A program made the position numbers and the translations under genes. A DNA stretch of 64,000 bases from Hypanus sabinus (Eukaryota), in assembly GCF_030144855.1 (NCBI RefSeq), contig NC_082734.1, forward strand, positions 5,394,001 through 5,458,000, in the 5' to 3' direction. The notes beneath the pieces are model-generated. The model saw nothing but the letters and a program-made list of their open reading frames with translations, made no database searches and was not told the origin of the DNA. Below, in pieces: positions 1 through 13,550 of this stretch (position 1 is its first letter; every line of letters starts with the position of its first letter).

Positions 1-625
1 CTTCCCTCTGAAAGAGCTCTCCATTTTAACTTCATCCATGTGCCTATCTAAGGGTCTCTTAAATGTCTTTAATGTATCTGCCTCTGCCACCACACCCAGC
101 AATGTGTTCCACACACATACCACTCTCTGTGTAAGAGACATCCCCCCCTATACTTTCCTCCAATCACCTTAACATTATGCCCTCACGTATTAGCCATTGC
201 CACCATGGAAAGAAAAGGCACTGGCTGTCTACTCTATCCGTCTTATAATGTTATGCACCCCTATCAAGTCACCCCTTATCCTTCTTTGTTCCAAAGGTCA
301 CTCAGCTTTTCACATAAGACATGCCCTCTAATCCAGGCAGGATCCTGGTAAATCTCCTCTGCACTCTCTCAACCGTCTACATTCTTCTTATAATGAAACG
401 ATCAAAGTTGAACCCAATACTCCAAGTGTGGCACCATATGCCTTCTTAACCACCCTATCAACTTGCATGGCAGCTTTGAGGAATCTATAGCCATGGACCA
501 CAAGATCTCCATGTTTCTCCACTCAACTAAGAATCCTACCATTAACCTTGTACTCTGCCTTCAAGTTCGATCTTCTAAACTTTATCACTTCACTCTTTTC
601 CATATTGAAGTCCATCTGCCACTTC
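1..625 (-). mobile_element. Decayed CR1 LINE
   Basis: Reverse-complement CR1 ORF2 signatures (tactccaagtgtgg, aagtccatctgccacttc); continues briefly after 1108. Confidence 0.75.
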
Positions 626-1108
626 AGGTTCACCAGATTGATTCCTGGGATGGCAGGACTTTCATATGAAGAAAGACTGGATCTACTAGGCTTAAACTCA
701 CTGGAATTTAGAAGATTGAGGGGGGATCTTATTGAAACGTATAAAATTCTAAAGGGATTGGACAGGCTAGATGCAGGAAGATTGTTTCCGATGTTGGGGA
801 AGTCCAGAACGAGGGGTCACAGTTTAAGGATAAAGGGGAAGCCTTTTAGGACCGAGATGAGGAAAAACTTCTTCACACAGAGAGTGGTGAATCTGTGGAA
901 TTCTCTGCCACAGGAAACAGTTGAGGCTGGTTCATTGGCTATATTTAAGAGGAAGTTAGATAAGGCCCTTGTGGCTAAAGGGATCAGGGGATATGGAGAG
1001 AAAGCAGGTACAGGGTTCTGAGTTGGATGATCAGCCATGATCATACTGAATGGTGGTGCAGGCTCAAAGGGCCGAATGGCCTACTCCTGCACCTATTTTC
1101 TATGTTTC
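626..1108 (+). mobile_element. CR1 LINE 3' fragment (well preserved) inserted into an older antisense CR1
   Basis: Uninterrupted ORF2 C-terminus LSYEERL...RRLRGDLIETYKIL...RKNFFTQRVVNLWNSLP, then 3'UTR and a ctatgttt tail. Confidence 0.92.
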
Positions 1109-1815
1109 TCAGCCCAGCTCTGCACAAAATGCTGGAGGAATTCATGGAAAAGACTACAGTCGACTGTACTCTTTTCTATAGATACTGCCTGGCCTGCTGA
1201 GTTCCTCTGGCATTTTGTGTGTATTGCTTGGATTTCCAGCATCTACAGGTTTTCTCTTGTTTGTGATTGGACTGCATTCTATCAATGTCTGATTGTAACC
1301 AACAACCTTCACTATCCACACTGCCAACAACCTCCAAGTCGTCTGCAATTACAGGATCATATCCGGTAAAGCAAGGATGAAAGGCTATTGACTTAGAAAG
1401 TTAACTCTGTCTGTCTGACTGACTCCTGCCCCTCCCACTGCTGTAGTTCGGTTTACTGTGCATCGTGAATATCCTCCTTTTATTCCAGATTTTAAGTTTC
1501 AGAAGTTTTGCTTTGCCTTTTGAACTCTCAGCAAATGCTTTGTCTTGATTTACCATTCTATCTCAGATTGTCATGATTTAGTTATTGAGTTTGCAGATGG
1601 TATTTCCGTCATTATAATATGTGCTGTAGCTTTCGCTGTACAAGAGTATATAAATAGTTAACTCCTTAAAATACTCTATGCGTGATCCTATCCTTCTGGG
1701 TCCCGTGTTACAGTACCAACCGATGATGTTATAGTCTTAAACTGTCTGTAACTATTTTACGGCATCACAGCTTACAAAACCTCTAAGTTGCAGTATATAA
1801 ACAGCGAACTATTAC

Positions 1816-1842
1816 CTTGTGACCGTCTGCAGACGAACCCAT
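1816..1842 (-). CDS. TBC1D17: Probable first coding exon of TBC1 domain family member 17 (MGSSADGHK); rest of gene would lie left of the window
   Basis: Minus strand reads ATG GGT TCG TCT GCA GAC GGT CAC AAG|GTAAT, a phase-0 donor. It resembles the very short first coding exons of TBC1D17/TBC1D15 that precede the (I/V)FEK-G-V-Y motif, and it is head-to-head with AKT1S1 as in human. Only 9 codons, so the call rests mostly on synteny. Confidence 0.5.
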
Positions 1843-2399
1843 TCTTTACCTCTGCTTCTCCAAAACAAACTCCTTGCATCATATCCGGTTAGTGTCGATT
1901 TTTTTAATTGGTTCCTACGCAACTCACCCACAACTGGGGGAGTGGTCAGAGTACCTCACCTGCTCGCTTTTTAAAGTTAATACTTGTTCTATTAGCTGCT
2001 GAAGAAGTTTGAATTACACATTTTTAACTATCAGTAAATCTTGCAGTGTCAGTGGAAGGAAAAAAAAAATAACGTTTCAATTCCAAGACACTTCTTTAAA
2101 ATTCTTTCTCAATGCTGTTTCAGGTGCTTTTTTGTTTTATTTACGTCAGATTTCCAGTTTTTAATTGTTATTTCAGATTTACATTTTTTGGTTTAATTTC
2201 AGATTTCCAACTTGTACATCTTTTTTTCCTGATCTGGGTTCCAGGTTTAGAGTTACACTGTAGTTTACTGAGAGTTATGAGAGTTTCACTGATATTATAG
2301 TCTTACGACTTGGGAGATCGTTGCGACTTGTTTTTTGTTCACTTCAAGTAAGGGCACGAAGTACACTCCCCATTATTTTTAATCATTGCATGGAGGCTC

Positions 2400-3300
2400 T
2401 TACGTTCATAATCGTGAGGTTTTTTTCACCTGGCATCTTCAATATCGCCTTAATTTTGCAGCATTAATTCCCTCCCGGCGGTCACCATTTTTGTGAGGGG
2501 AATGAAGATGGGGAGGGGAAACCATCTTAAAGATAATAAATGCCCTATTTTACACGATGACAGTCAGCTATCTCATTCTGTTTAAGTAAGAGCTCTCACT
2601 TCCCGAGGTCGGGAGAAAGCCGCGCCGTTTCTTCGCTGGAAGTTGTGCAGGAATCGGGCCAGCCGCCATTTTAATGAGGGGAAAGTCAACCTTTTCTCCT
2701 TCAGATTGCATCTCGGTCGTTTCAAAATAGATCACCCCAGTTTCACCTCATATTTGAGATGGGGGGTGGGGTGGGTGCAACGACATCTCTGTAGAAACAA
2801 AACGGCAGTGAATAAATTATCGGTCATTAAACACGTCTCCATTTTCCCCGCACGGGCGTCATATTTGTGAGGGGCAAAAGCCGGCGACCGCTTTTTAAGA
2901 TTTTTTTTTTTTTGAAAATGACGATTTGCGATCCCCTGTTGCTTCCACGCGTTTCGCTCGACCGTTTAGAATGGTGGTCAACTCCGGGAAAGAATTAACT
3001 CGCTTTAAAAGTGTTAGGGTTTGACGTGGTGCGCGTTTGCGTGATGACATCAGAGGAGGGAGGCTGTGCCTCGGAAGCTCTGGCTGTGGGGAAGCTTGAG
3101 GGAGAAGCAGGTAAGGAGCCTGCCCGTGGAGGGGGGCTCTGCTTTCGGACTCGACCTCTCGAAATCCTCCTCGCTTTCTTTCCTATTTTAATACGCTTCA
3201 ATATGTTGGACTGTTATCCATGCCTGGATCCTCTCTCAGCTACCCGTGGAGCTCCTCACGTTGCTCTTCTCCGCGCCCTCTGGATTAGTTGTTTATAAGT
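2400..3300. promoter_or_regulatory. CpG-enriched, repeat-free putative bidirectional promoter (TBC1D17 / AKT1S1)
   Basis: Local CpG enrichment in a CpG-depleted background. YY1 consensus GCCGCCATTTT at 2662-2672, TGACGTGG at 3022-3029, TGACATCA at 3045-3052. Donors point outward on both strands (- at 2599/2598, + at 3111). Confidence 0.65.
3040..3110 (+). other. AKT1S1: Probable non-coding exon 1 of AKT1S1 (5' end unknown)
   Basis: Strong donor CAG|GTAAGG at 3110/3111 at the edge of the CpG-rich region. Exon 2 has an acceptor only 18 nt before the ATG, so an upstream exon is required. Confidence 0.55.
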
Positions 3301-5144
3301 GTCCGACACTGTTTGTTCAGCTCTGCTATTGTGGATTACCTGTTCTGTGGAATGTTGTTAATGTGTTGAGAGACGACTCGTGGCAATATTTCTTGTAAGC
3401 TGCATTTCCTGTCGTATGTGATCAAATTCTACTTTTTTTTTAAAAAAAAAAGAAAAAAATGAGAAAGGACAAATTTCAAATTGTAAATAGGGATGGGAGA
3501 GACCTAACTGCCTCTTGGGGACACACTGTTAATGTGATTAGTGTTTTTTTTAGAAATCCTAGTCTTCAAAAATAAACGGTAATACTGTATATTAGAATTG
3601 GCTATGTTCAGGCTCTGGGTAGGTGTTTGATCGTTCTGATCACTGTCACTGTTAGAGAAAACACAAAATACCTCCTGGAATAATTCTAGGTTTAGAAGAT
3701 TGTGCCTTCATTTTAAAAGTGGACAGAGTAAAGATATTTGAGAAGAGGTTTGGCAAAATCAGGTTTAATAGAAGGTAGAAGATGGTTCAAGATTGGTGGA
3801 GGTTGAATTTAATGCTAAATTTGTTAGGTAATGTTATTTTTTATTGGACTTGTTTTTTAAATTTTTATTGAATGATGTGACAATGTGAGTTTCCTCCAGG
3901 TACCCTGGTTTCCTCCCACATTCCAAAGATGTACCTGTTAGTAGGTTAATTAGTCATTGTAAATTGTCCTGTGATTAGGCTAGGATTAAATCAGGGGATT
4001 ACTGGGCTGCATGGCTCAAAAGGCCTGAAGGGGCTACTCTGCTGTATCTCAATAAATAAATAAATAAGGATATAATCTTGTCAGTAATGTGGTTGAAGCA
4101 GTCAAAAAAAAGGGTAACTTGTAGGGTTATAAAGGAAATGGGCCTGACTGGGTTAGTGGGCTATTAACAGGTTATATGAGATAAACTGCTGGAGGAACTC
4201 AGCAGGTCGGGCAGCATCTGTGGAGCGAAACTGATGGTAGCCGTTTTGAATCACAACTCTTCATCTGGACTGCCTACAGATGCTGCCAGTAGTTTTCCAA
4301 TGCAGATTCCAGCATGTACAGACTTATGGCATAAACTTGATAACCAAATCATGTTGTTGTTTTGAAATTCTGGATGATGTTTTTTCAATTGCACAATAGA
4401 TAAGCCATCAAATTTGTGGCTCTTGTAAAAATTTGGTTTGGCAGGCTAACATGCTTAAGCCAAGATTGTAGGTTTGTCCCGTATGCTGATCTGAGGTCCT
4501 CTCTGTCCATTGGAAAAAGTCAGAGTTTGTATTGTGTTTATCAGGGTGTTCCAAATGCCTTATAATCTACTTTGAAATGATAGCAGCAAGCTATCATTAT
4601 CTGTTCAACGATGTGCTGGAGAGTGGGGTCTTTGTTTTTAATCATTGCTATATCTACCAAGATATAGTGAATGTCTTGTGTACTGTTCATACAGATCAGA
4701 TCATTACATAGTGCATGGGGAAGAACAAGGTAAACAGTAGCAGAATAAAGTGTGACAGCTACAGAGAAAGTAAAGCGCAGGTAAACATACCACGATAGAT
4801 TGAGGTCAAGAGTCCATTTTATCATACAAGTGTCTGGTAACAAAAGCATAGAAGCTATCTTTGATACTGGTGGTACAGAGTTTACAGTGAGGAGACTGGC
4901 TTCATGATGTGCTGAGCTGTATCTGCAGCTCTCTGCAGTTTCTTGTGGTTACGTGCAGAGCAGTTGCCATACCAAGCCGATATGGATCCAGATAGAATAC
5001 ATTGTATGGTGCATCTATAAAAATTGATAAGGGTTGATGGAGATGTGCCAAATTTCATTTTTTCTCATGAGAAAGTAGAGGCATTGGTGAGCTCTCTAGA
5101 CCATGACTTCGGAGCCCCCATATCCATGATAAAACAATTTTTCT

Positions 5145-6045
5145 TAAGACCATAAAATATGGGTGCAGAAATAGGCCATTTGGCCCATCGGGACTGTTCC
5201 ACATTTCGTCATGGCTGATCCATTACCCTTCTCAGCCCCAATCTCCTGCCTTCTCGTATCCCTTCATGCCTTGGACCAATCAAGAATTTATGAACCTCTG
5301 CTTTAAATATTTGTAAAGACTTGACTTCGACAGCTGCCTGTGGCAATGAATTCCACAGATTCACCACTCTTTGGCTAAAGAAATTCCTCCTCATCTCTGT
5401 TCTCATAGGACACCCCTCTATTCTGACTCTAGGTCCTCCACCATAGGAAACGTCCATTCTATCAGACCTTTCATCATTTGATGGGTTTTAATTGGGTCAC
5501 CCCTCATTCTTACTTCTAGTGAATACAGGCCCAGAGCCATCAAACACTCTTCATATGACAAGCCGTTCAATCCTGAATTCATTTTTGTAAACCTCTTTTG
5601 AGCCCTCTCCAATGTTAGTACAACCTTTCTAAGCCCAGAACTGCTCTCAGTGGTCCAAGTGAGGCCTCACTAGTGCTTTATAAACCCTCAACATTTAATT
5701 TCAAGAGGACTAGAATATACAAGCAAAGATTTGTTAATATTGCATCTACCTTTCTCACCACAGACTCAACCTTTAGGGAATCCTGCATAAGGACTTTTAA
5801 GTCCCTTTGCACCTCAGATTTTTGAATTTTCTCTCTATTTAGAAAATAGTCTATCCTTTTCTTCTACCATACATTTCCCAATACAGTATTCTATCTTCCA
5901 CTTCTTTGCCCATTCTCGTAATCTAAGTCTCTTGGCCTCTGTACTTAAAACTACCTCCCACTCCACCTATCTTTGTATTATCCACAAACTTTGCAACAAA
6001 GTCATCAGTATCATCATACAAGTCATTGGCATATAATGTAAAAAG
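5145..6045 (-). mobile_element. CR1 LINE 3' fragment
   Basis: ORF pieces LSYEECLMALGLYSLE and EMRRNFFSQRVVNLWNSLP. Confidence 0.85.
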
Positions 6046-7459
6046 TTTTGTCTAAGGAAGCAGCTTTCTGGAGGATGTGACTGGGTTAAGCAGCATCTGT
6101 ATGTTGGGGAGAGAGAATTGTCAGTATTTCGGTCAAGAGCCTGCATCCTGAGTGTGGAGGGAGAAGATGGTTAGTGTGAAGTACAGAATGGGAGGAGGTG
6201 AGGTGGCTGGTAGGTAAGTGGGAGGGGGATGATTACTAGATGGAACCTAGAGAGGTAGATTTAGGAAACAGAAGTTAACTGTTTAGGGCAGGAGGCTAAA
6301 AGGCTAAATTGATAATGGAACTACTGGAGAGATGAGAAATGTAGATGGAACCAGATGAGGGTGAGATTCCAGTGGGTTGTTTTAGAGAGTGGGACCTGGA
6401 AGTGGAAGAAAATGGATGATTTGGGGGGGGGGGGGTGAGTGTTGGAGAGTATGGAAAGGGGACAAAAATGAGAGGATGAGGTTTGAATCAGAAGGTGAGG
6501 GTTACCTGAGATTGGGAAGGGCAGCGTAGACTACCCACGTAGATTGAGGTGTCGTTGCTTTAGTTTATGTTGGGTCTCACAATGACGGTGGACAAGGTCA
6601 ACAGTTGTGTCAGTGTGACAATAGGGAGTTGAAATAGCATGCAGCGGGGAGCTTGGGGCAGGCACTCTGTTAATCAGTTGCCTGGTCTGGCCTTTGCAGC
6701 AAGTTGCCAGTCAACAGATATGCATAATCTTGACTGACAGTGTGCTACACAGGCAGTGGTGCCAAAATACAAGTTGTTATTTTACATTGTGCCCTATGTA
6801 CTTTAATCTAACAAGAATGGAGCAAATATGGCCCTTTAGCCCATCAGGTCAATGCCATTTCAAATGCTCAGCAGTTTGATTTTTGCTGCAGATTCCAGCA
6901 TCTGAAGTCTTTTGTGTCTCTGCTTCTTCCTCTATGGTCGAACTAAGATCTATTTTAAAACAATACTGAGGGCTTTGTTTTAAACCTGTAACCTAAGAGG
7001 ACAGATCTGCCCCTTGATTCAGAAGCTTCTCTGTTCAAATACCATCCTCCTGTGACTTAAGCCCCATTCCATCATAGTTGGTAGTATAGTGGTTAGCGTT
7101 GGTACTTGTGATTGGGGTTTAGTTCCACCGCTATCCATAAGGAGTTTGTACATTTTCTCCATGACCATGGGGATTTTCTCTGGGTGCTCTGGTTTCCTCC
7201 CACATTCGAAAGGCATATAATTTAGTAAATTGTGAGTATGTGGCAACACTTGCCCAAAGCACAATCCTCAGACTGCTGGTCATCAGTGCAAATGACACAT
7301 TTCACTGTACATTTTGATGTACTTGTGACAAATTAAGGTAATCTCTTTACTGTTGGAGGCCTCTGGTTGAGAGGCTGAGCTACATATTAGTCTACAATCA
7401 CAAATTGGCAAAATATCCTAAGAGATGAGACTGTAGATAATGGAATCTGGATTAACACA

Positions 7460-8468
7460 TGTTATGAAATCCCATAACGGGATCACTTACCAGCAAAGGT
7501 AGAGAGGTCCGTTGAAGTCTGATGGTACTATTTTTTTTTTCTTTATTTATGAAAGGGGCACAAGCATAAGATTAATACAAACACTCAAATATACGTAGTC
7601 ACTACTTAATCTAAAAGCGCGGGTCTAATAATAACCATCAATAAGAAACAGCTCGATCGTTTGTCTAGGGGATAAATTAGTGTCCGATGGAAATATAAAA
7701 GTCACTCAAATTCCTGCAGGCTTCTGGCTTTCGGGGGGGGGGGGGCGCTGGGTTTTCACTTGTTGGAGAGAGAGAGAGATTGGTGAGAAAAGAAAAACTT
7801 GCCCGGGTCTTTATGAAGCCAAATCTGTTGAATCAGGGAAACGGGCTTCCCCGTTGTTAGCTAAAAGTGGTTTTCCGTGATTCCGGCCACAAATTCCAAA
7901 CCCAGAATCTAACACATGTGGCTTCCTTCAAAATGGCTTCCCGCTACAACGGGATCGCTATTGTGTCTTCTTGGTGCGTCTGAAGGGGTTGCTCCCCCCC
8001 CCCCCCCCCGAGCCTCCTTTATACTTCCTCACGGGGTCTCAGGTGTCAATCTGGTTGAGATGATGCAATCTCTCTCTCAACCAGCCCACCGAGGGCTTTA
8101 CACGTGGTCTCCATGAGACAATGGTCAATGTCGCCTTATTTTGCATCCCAGTGGAACGAGGTATTCNNNNNNNNNNNNNNNNNNNNNNNNNNNNNNNNNN
8201 NNNNNNNNNNNNNNNNNNNNNNNNNNNNNNNNNNNNNNNNNNNNNNNNNNNNNNNNNNNNNNNNNNNNNNNNNNNNNNNNNNNNNNNNNNNNNNNNNNNN
8301 NNNNNNNNNNNNNNNNNNNNNNNNNNNNNNNNNNNNNNNNNNNNNNNNNNNNNNNNNNNNNNNNNNNNNNNNNNNNNNNNNNNNNNNNNNNNCCTGGGTC
8401 TACTGACCCCCCCCCCCCAACAAGTGCTCTTGCGATTCTCACAAAGGGAGGGGGCTACGGACATAACA
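7460..8468 (-). mobile_element. LTR-type insertion (solo LTR, or element collapsed at the N-gap)
   Basis: Inverted termini TGTTATG...CATAACA with 4-bp TSD CACA. It interrupts a Penelope-type terminal repeat (tggaatctggattaacaca | caaaatacaggaggaactcagcagg). Confidence 0.75.
8167..8392. other. Assembly gap
   Basis: Run of N. Confidence 1.
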
Positions 8469-9439
8469 CACACAAAATACAGGAGGAACTCAGCAGGTCA
8501 GGCAGCCTCCATGGAAATTAATAAACAGTTCTCATTTTGTGTCAACACCCTTCATCTGGACTGAAAGAAAAAGGGAAGAAAGCATGTTTAAAATGTGTGG
8601 TGTGAGGAAGGGGTGGAGCAAGATCTGAAGGGTGATTGGTGGGATTCCATTGAGAAGGGGAAGCACAGTAGTGTCGTGCTCAGCACAACGCTTTGCAGCA
8701 TCAGTGACCTGAGTTCACTTCCCACCATTGCCTGTAAGAAGTTTGTACATTCTTCCCGTTGTGTGCGTTTCCTCTGGGTGCTCCAATTTTCTCCCACAGT
8801 CCAAAGACCTGCTGGTTGGTAGGTTAATTGGCCATTGTAAATTGTCCCTTGATTAGGCTAGGGTTAAATTGGGGGATTACTGGGTGGTGCGGCTTGAAGG
8901 GCCTGTTCCGCGCTGTATGTCAATAAATAAAAATAGTAATGATAAGGGAGGGAGGGGGAGAGTGGAAATGTGGGTACATAAGATCCCACGATGCTATTTT
9001 GGAGAGTCCGATTGAGTTACCCCTGCTATCATTTAACCCTTGCACATCCTCATGGGTTACCTAGTCCTTTATACTTTAGTATTTGTGGGAGCTTGCTGCA
9101 TGCAAACTTCTGTATTGATATAAGTGACAGAAATGGCACTGTGGCAGAGTTAGTAGGGCTGCTCCCTCTCCATGTCAGAGTTCCAGGTTCAGTCATGACC
9201 TTGAGTGCTGACTGTGTAGAGTTTGCCTGTTCTCTCTGGCTACAGAGGTCTCTTCAACCATCCCAAGGGTGGTACACGCTGGTAAGTTGGCTACTAAATT
9301 ATCCCTGGTCTTTGGTGGAACCTGGAAGGATGTGACAGAAATGTGAGGATATTAAAGATGGAGTGCAGGTTGAGTGAAAATGTGCACTTGATCGGCATAG
9401 ACTCAGTGGACTGAAAGTCCTCTTTTCATGGTGTACGTA

Positions 9440-9892
9440 CACTCAATGGTCAATATATTAGATACACTCCTGTACCTAATAAATTGGCCGCAGGTATGGA
9501 ACCCAGTGTAGTCTTCTGCACGCCACTGTTGTAATGTGTATTTATTTGAGTTACTGTCGCCTTCCTGGCATCTTGAACCAGTCTAGCCGTTTTCCTTTGA
9601 CCTCTCATTAACAAAGTATTTTTGCCCAAAGAACTGCCACTCACAGGATTTTTTTTTCCACACCATTCTCTGTAAACTGAGGAGACCGTTGTGCGTGAAA
9701 ATCCTAGAAGATCAGTTTCTGAGGTACTCAAACTGCTCTGTCTGGTACCAACAATCACTCCATGGTTAAATTCACTGAGATCACACTTTTTTTTCTCTGA
9801 TGTTTGATCTGAATGACAACTAAACCTCTTGATTGCCTGATTAGATATTTGCATTAATGAGCAGGTGTTCCTAATAGAGTGGCCATTGAGTG
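9440..9892 (-). mobile_element. Non-autonomous Tc1/mariner derivative
   Basis: TA-flanked TIRs (CACTCAATGGTCA...TGGCCATTGAGTG) and a decayed transposase HTH (CDLSEFNHGVIVG...GFSRTTVSSVYREW). Confidence 0.85.
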
Positions 9893-10999
9893 TATGACTC
9901 TGCATGTCAGTTAGTGTACAGAATTTTATAACAGTTTTAAACACCAACTTGTGTTGTGCACTTAGCTGTGAGGGTGGACCACTGCTGGTGTAGTAAATTG
10001 TCAGTCAAGATTAGGCATAATCAAGGCTGACTGTTGAATGTTGCTTAGTGTAAAGGTGTCAATGTCGGGTGTTGTGTAGGTGGATGTTGATTATAGTTTT
10101 CATCCAATAGCCTTTAGTAGTTCTGCATTAAATGTTTTGCCATCTTTAATTTTGTGAAGAGAAATATTTTGTACCCTACTTGTTCTTGCTTTCAATCTAT
10201 GCTCCCTCCCCAAAAAAAGTCTTTGCAAAATATATTGTGCTGATTTTTCCATGTAGCAACTGGTGCTTTGCTAAGATTTCTGAATGGGCAATTAACCCAT
10301 GTATACTATCTCAGTATATTTGCTTCTCTTTACATGATTTTTACTTATAATTATAATTTATAGTATTTTATGGCATTGCTGCTGCAAGACAAGATTTCAG
10401 TGATAATGATTCTGATTTTGACTTTTTTATTTTTTTTATTGCGATACAGTGCAAAGTAGGCCCTTCTGGCCCTCTGAGCCATGCTGCCGAGCAACCCCTG
10501 ATTTAATGATAGCTAATCACAGGACAATTCACAATGACTTACAACCTACCATCCAGTACATCTTTGGACTGTGGGAGGAAACCTATGTGGTCACGGGGGA
10601 GACAGTAAGTACAAACTCCTTCCAGGCAGTAGGTCACTGGTACTGTAAAGTGTCGTCCTAACCACCACATTATATTGATTCTTAAAGGGCAGGGCTTAAA
10701 ACAGTCTATTGGTTCAAGTGCTTAATGGTTTAGGTGCAAAGGGGGTAACTTCATTGAACTGTTCCCACAACTTATGGATCACTTTCAAGGACTCTACATC
10801 TCATGTTTTCGATATTTATTTATTATTGTTTTTGTATTTGCACAATTTTTTTGTTTTGCACACTTGGTTGAACACGCAAGTTGGTGCAGTCTTTTATTGA
10901 TTCTATTATGGATTTATTGAGTATACCCACAATAAAATCAATCTCAGGACTGTAAGGTGACATGTATGTACTTTAAATAATAAATTAACTTTGAAATGT

Positions 11000-13550
11000 A
11001 CAACCAGAGGTTGTGGTGCACATTGGTACTAATGACATGGGTAGAAAGGGAGAAGAGGTCCTGCACTGTAAGCAGGGGGAAACTTGGGAAAGAGGCTTAA
11101 AAGTGGGATCTTGAGGGTATAATCTCCAGATCACTTGCAGTACTATTCAGGGCAAGAATAGAAAGCTAAAACTGATGAATGACTGGCTGAGGAATGAGGC
11201 AGGGTTTCATGTTCTTGGATCATTGGAACCCTGATGACCTGTACGAGAGGCATGGGTTGCACCTTAAGTAGAGGGGAACTAATATCCTAGTCAGGAGGTT
11301 CTATTAGTGCTAGTGCATTAAGGAACAGATATGCAGACAGATTAGGGAAAGGTGTTTTTAAAAAACAAAACACAACAGGGTTGTTGTAGTGCATGACTTT
11401 ACCTTCCATAATATAGACTGGGACCTCCTTAGTGCAAGAGGTTTAGAGGGGGAGAAATTGTTAAAGGCATCCAGGAGGGTTTCATAAATCAACAAGTCCA
11501 ACAAGTAGTGGGGCTATACTGGACTTCATGTTGGGTAACGTGCCTGTCCAGTGGGAGAATAGGGGATAGTGATCATTGCTCCTTAAGTTTTAAGGTCACT
11601 CAAGATCAAGATGTGTATGGACCTTGCAGAGGGGTATTAAATTGGAGCGGGGCAAATTACAACAGCATTAGGCAGGAACTAGGGAGAGTTCATTGGGATC
11701 AGCTGTTTCAGGACAGGTCCACATCTGACATATGGAAGGTGTTTAAAGACTCCAGTATGTGACAGGTATGTTTCAGTAAGGAGGAAGAACAAAGATAGTA
11801 AGTAGGGGGACCTTGGATTCAAGGTGAATTCAGTTAAGAAGAATAAGAAAACATAAGGTTTAGGGAGCTAAGATCAAACAGAACCCTTGAGGGTTTTAAA
11901 GAAGACAGAAAATAACTCTGAATTGGGAAAGCCAAAATGGACCTTAAAGTATGATTAAAAAGAATCCCAAGTCATATTATACCTACATCAAGAGGATAAC
12001 TAGGGAGTGGGTAAACCACTCAAGGATGAAGTAGGAAATATGTGCTTGGAGGCAGAAGATGCATATTTTGCAGCAATGTTTACCAAAGAGCGAGACATTG
12101 AGGATAGTGAGATCAGTGTGGAGTGTGTTAATTTGCTAGGACATTTTGAGATGAAGAAGGTAATGTTGGGTCTCTTAAAGAATGTTAAGGTGGAGAAGTC
12201 CTCAGGGTCTGATGGGCTATGCCCCAGGTTATTGAGACAGGCAGAAGATGAGATTGCTGGCACCTTGAATGATATCTTCATGTCCTCTCTAACCTCAGAA
12301 AATATCCCCAAGGACTGCTGAGTAGCTAATTCCTCATAAAGGGATGGAATCCAGGAAACTATAGCCTGGCAAGTCTCGTATCAGGGATACAGAAATTTCT
12401 AGAGAGGATTCTTAAAAGAATTTGCATGCATTTGGAACACCATTGCCCAATTAGGGACAGTTGATATGGCATTGTGTAGGACACAAGGTGGTTTAATACT
12501 GGGGTTTTTTACCTCCAAGGAGGTGTCAAAGTTGATTGAAGGTAAAGCTGTGGGTTTTAGTAAGGCGAGGTCAGTTATGGGAAGCTCATCCAGAAGATTA
12601 AAATACATGGAAACCATCGTGAATTGGTTGTTTGGATTCAAAATAGGTTTGTCTTTTGAAGACAGAGGGTGGGAGTGCTTATTCTGGTTGGAGAAGGTGG
12701 TGTTCTGCAGGGATCTGTATGGGACCTTTGCTGTTTGTAAAAAATCTGGATGAAAATGTAGATGGGTGGGTTAGTAAATTTGCAGAAAATACAAAGATTG
12801 GTGGTATGGATAGCATAGAAGACTGACAAAGGACACAGCAGGATATAGATCAGTTTAACTTGGCCAAATGTGAAGTATTGTGCTTTGGGAAATCAAATGT
12901 AAAAGACCAATACACTATTAATGGCAAGACCCTAAAAGTGTTGATGTGTAAAGCAATCTTCAGGTCTAAATGTATAACTCCCTGAAAGTGGTCAGGCATG
13001 TTAATAGGGTGTATGCTTGCTTTTCTTAGTCAAATTGAGTTCAAGAATCAGGAAGTTATGTTGCAGCTTCGTAAAACTGCTTAGACTGCATCTGGAGTGT
13101 TGCATTCAGTTCAGATTGCCCCACAGTAGGAAGGATGTCAACATTTTGGAGGGGTTTAGGTTTACCAGGATTAGAGGACATGCACTTTGTTTTCTTCCGG
13201 AGTACCTGAGATATGTTAGAAGTTTATAAGATTGAGAGGGATAGACAGAGTAGACGGCCACTATCGTTTTCCCAGGGTTGAAATGTTTAATACCAGAGGG
13301 CATGAAATTATGGTGAGTGTGGCTAAGTTCAAAAGAAATGTGCAGAATACAATTTTTCACACGGTCTTGGGTGCTTGGAATGTGCTACCTGGGGTAGTGG
13401 TGGAGAAAGCATGATAGAGGCATTCAAGAGGCTTCCAGGCACATGAATGTGCAGGAAATGAAAGGATTAATGTCATGTAGGCAGAAAGGATTGGCTTAGA
13501 AATGGACAATTAATTTAATTAGTTGGGCACATGATGTGGGTCCTTATTTG
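11000..13550 (+). mobile_element. Long decayed CR1 LINE (ORF1 esterase remnant, endonuclease, RT, 3' end)
   Basis: VVVHIGTND-like ORF1 motif near 11010, SDH endonuclease motif, KSSGSDGLCPRLLR, and C-terminal GIDRVD...TRGH; many lesions. Confidence 0.88.

Noticed and set aside
548-1021. 157-aa and 128-aa (32064-32450) ORFs as host genes
   Set aside because: Both are CR1 ORF2 C-terminal fragments.
8039-8564. ORFs containing X runs (also 30489-31169)
   Set aside because: Artefacts of N gaps.
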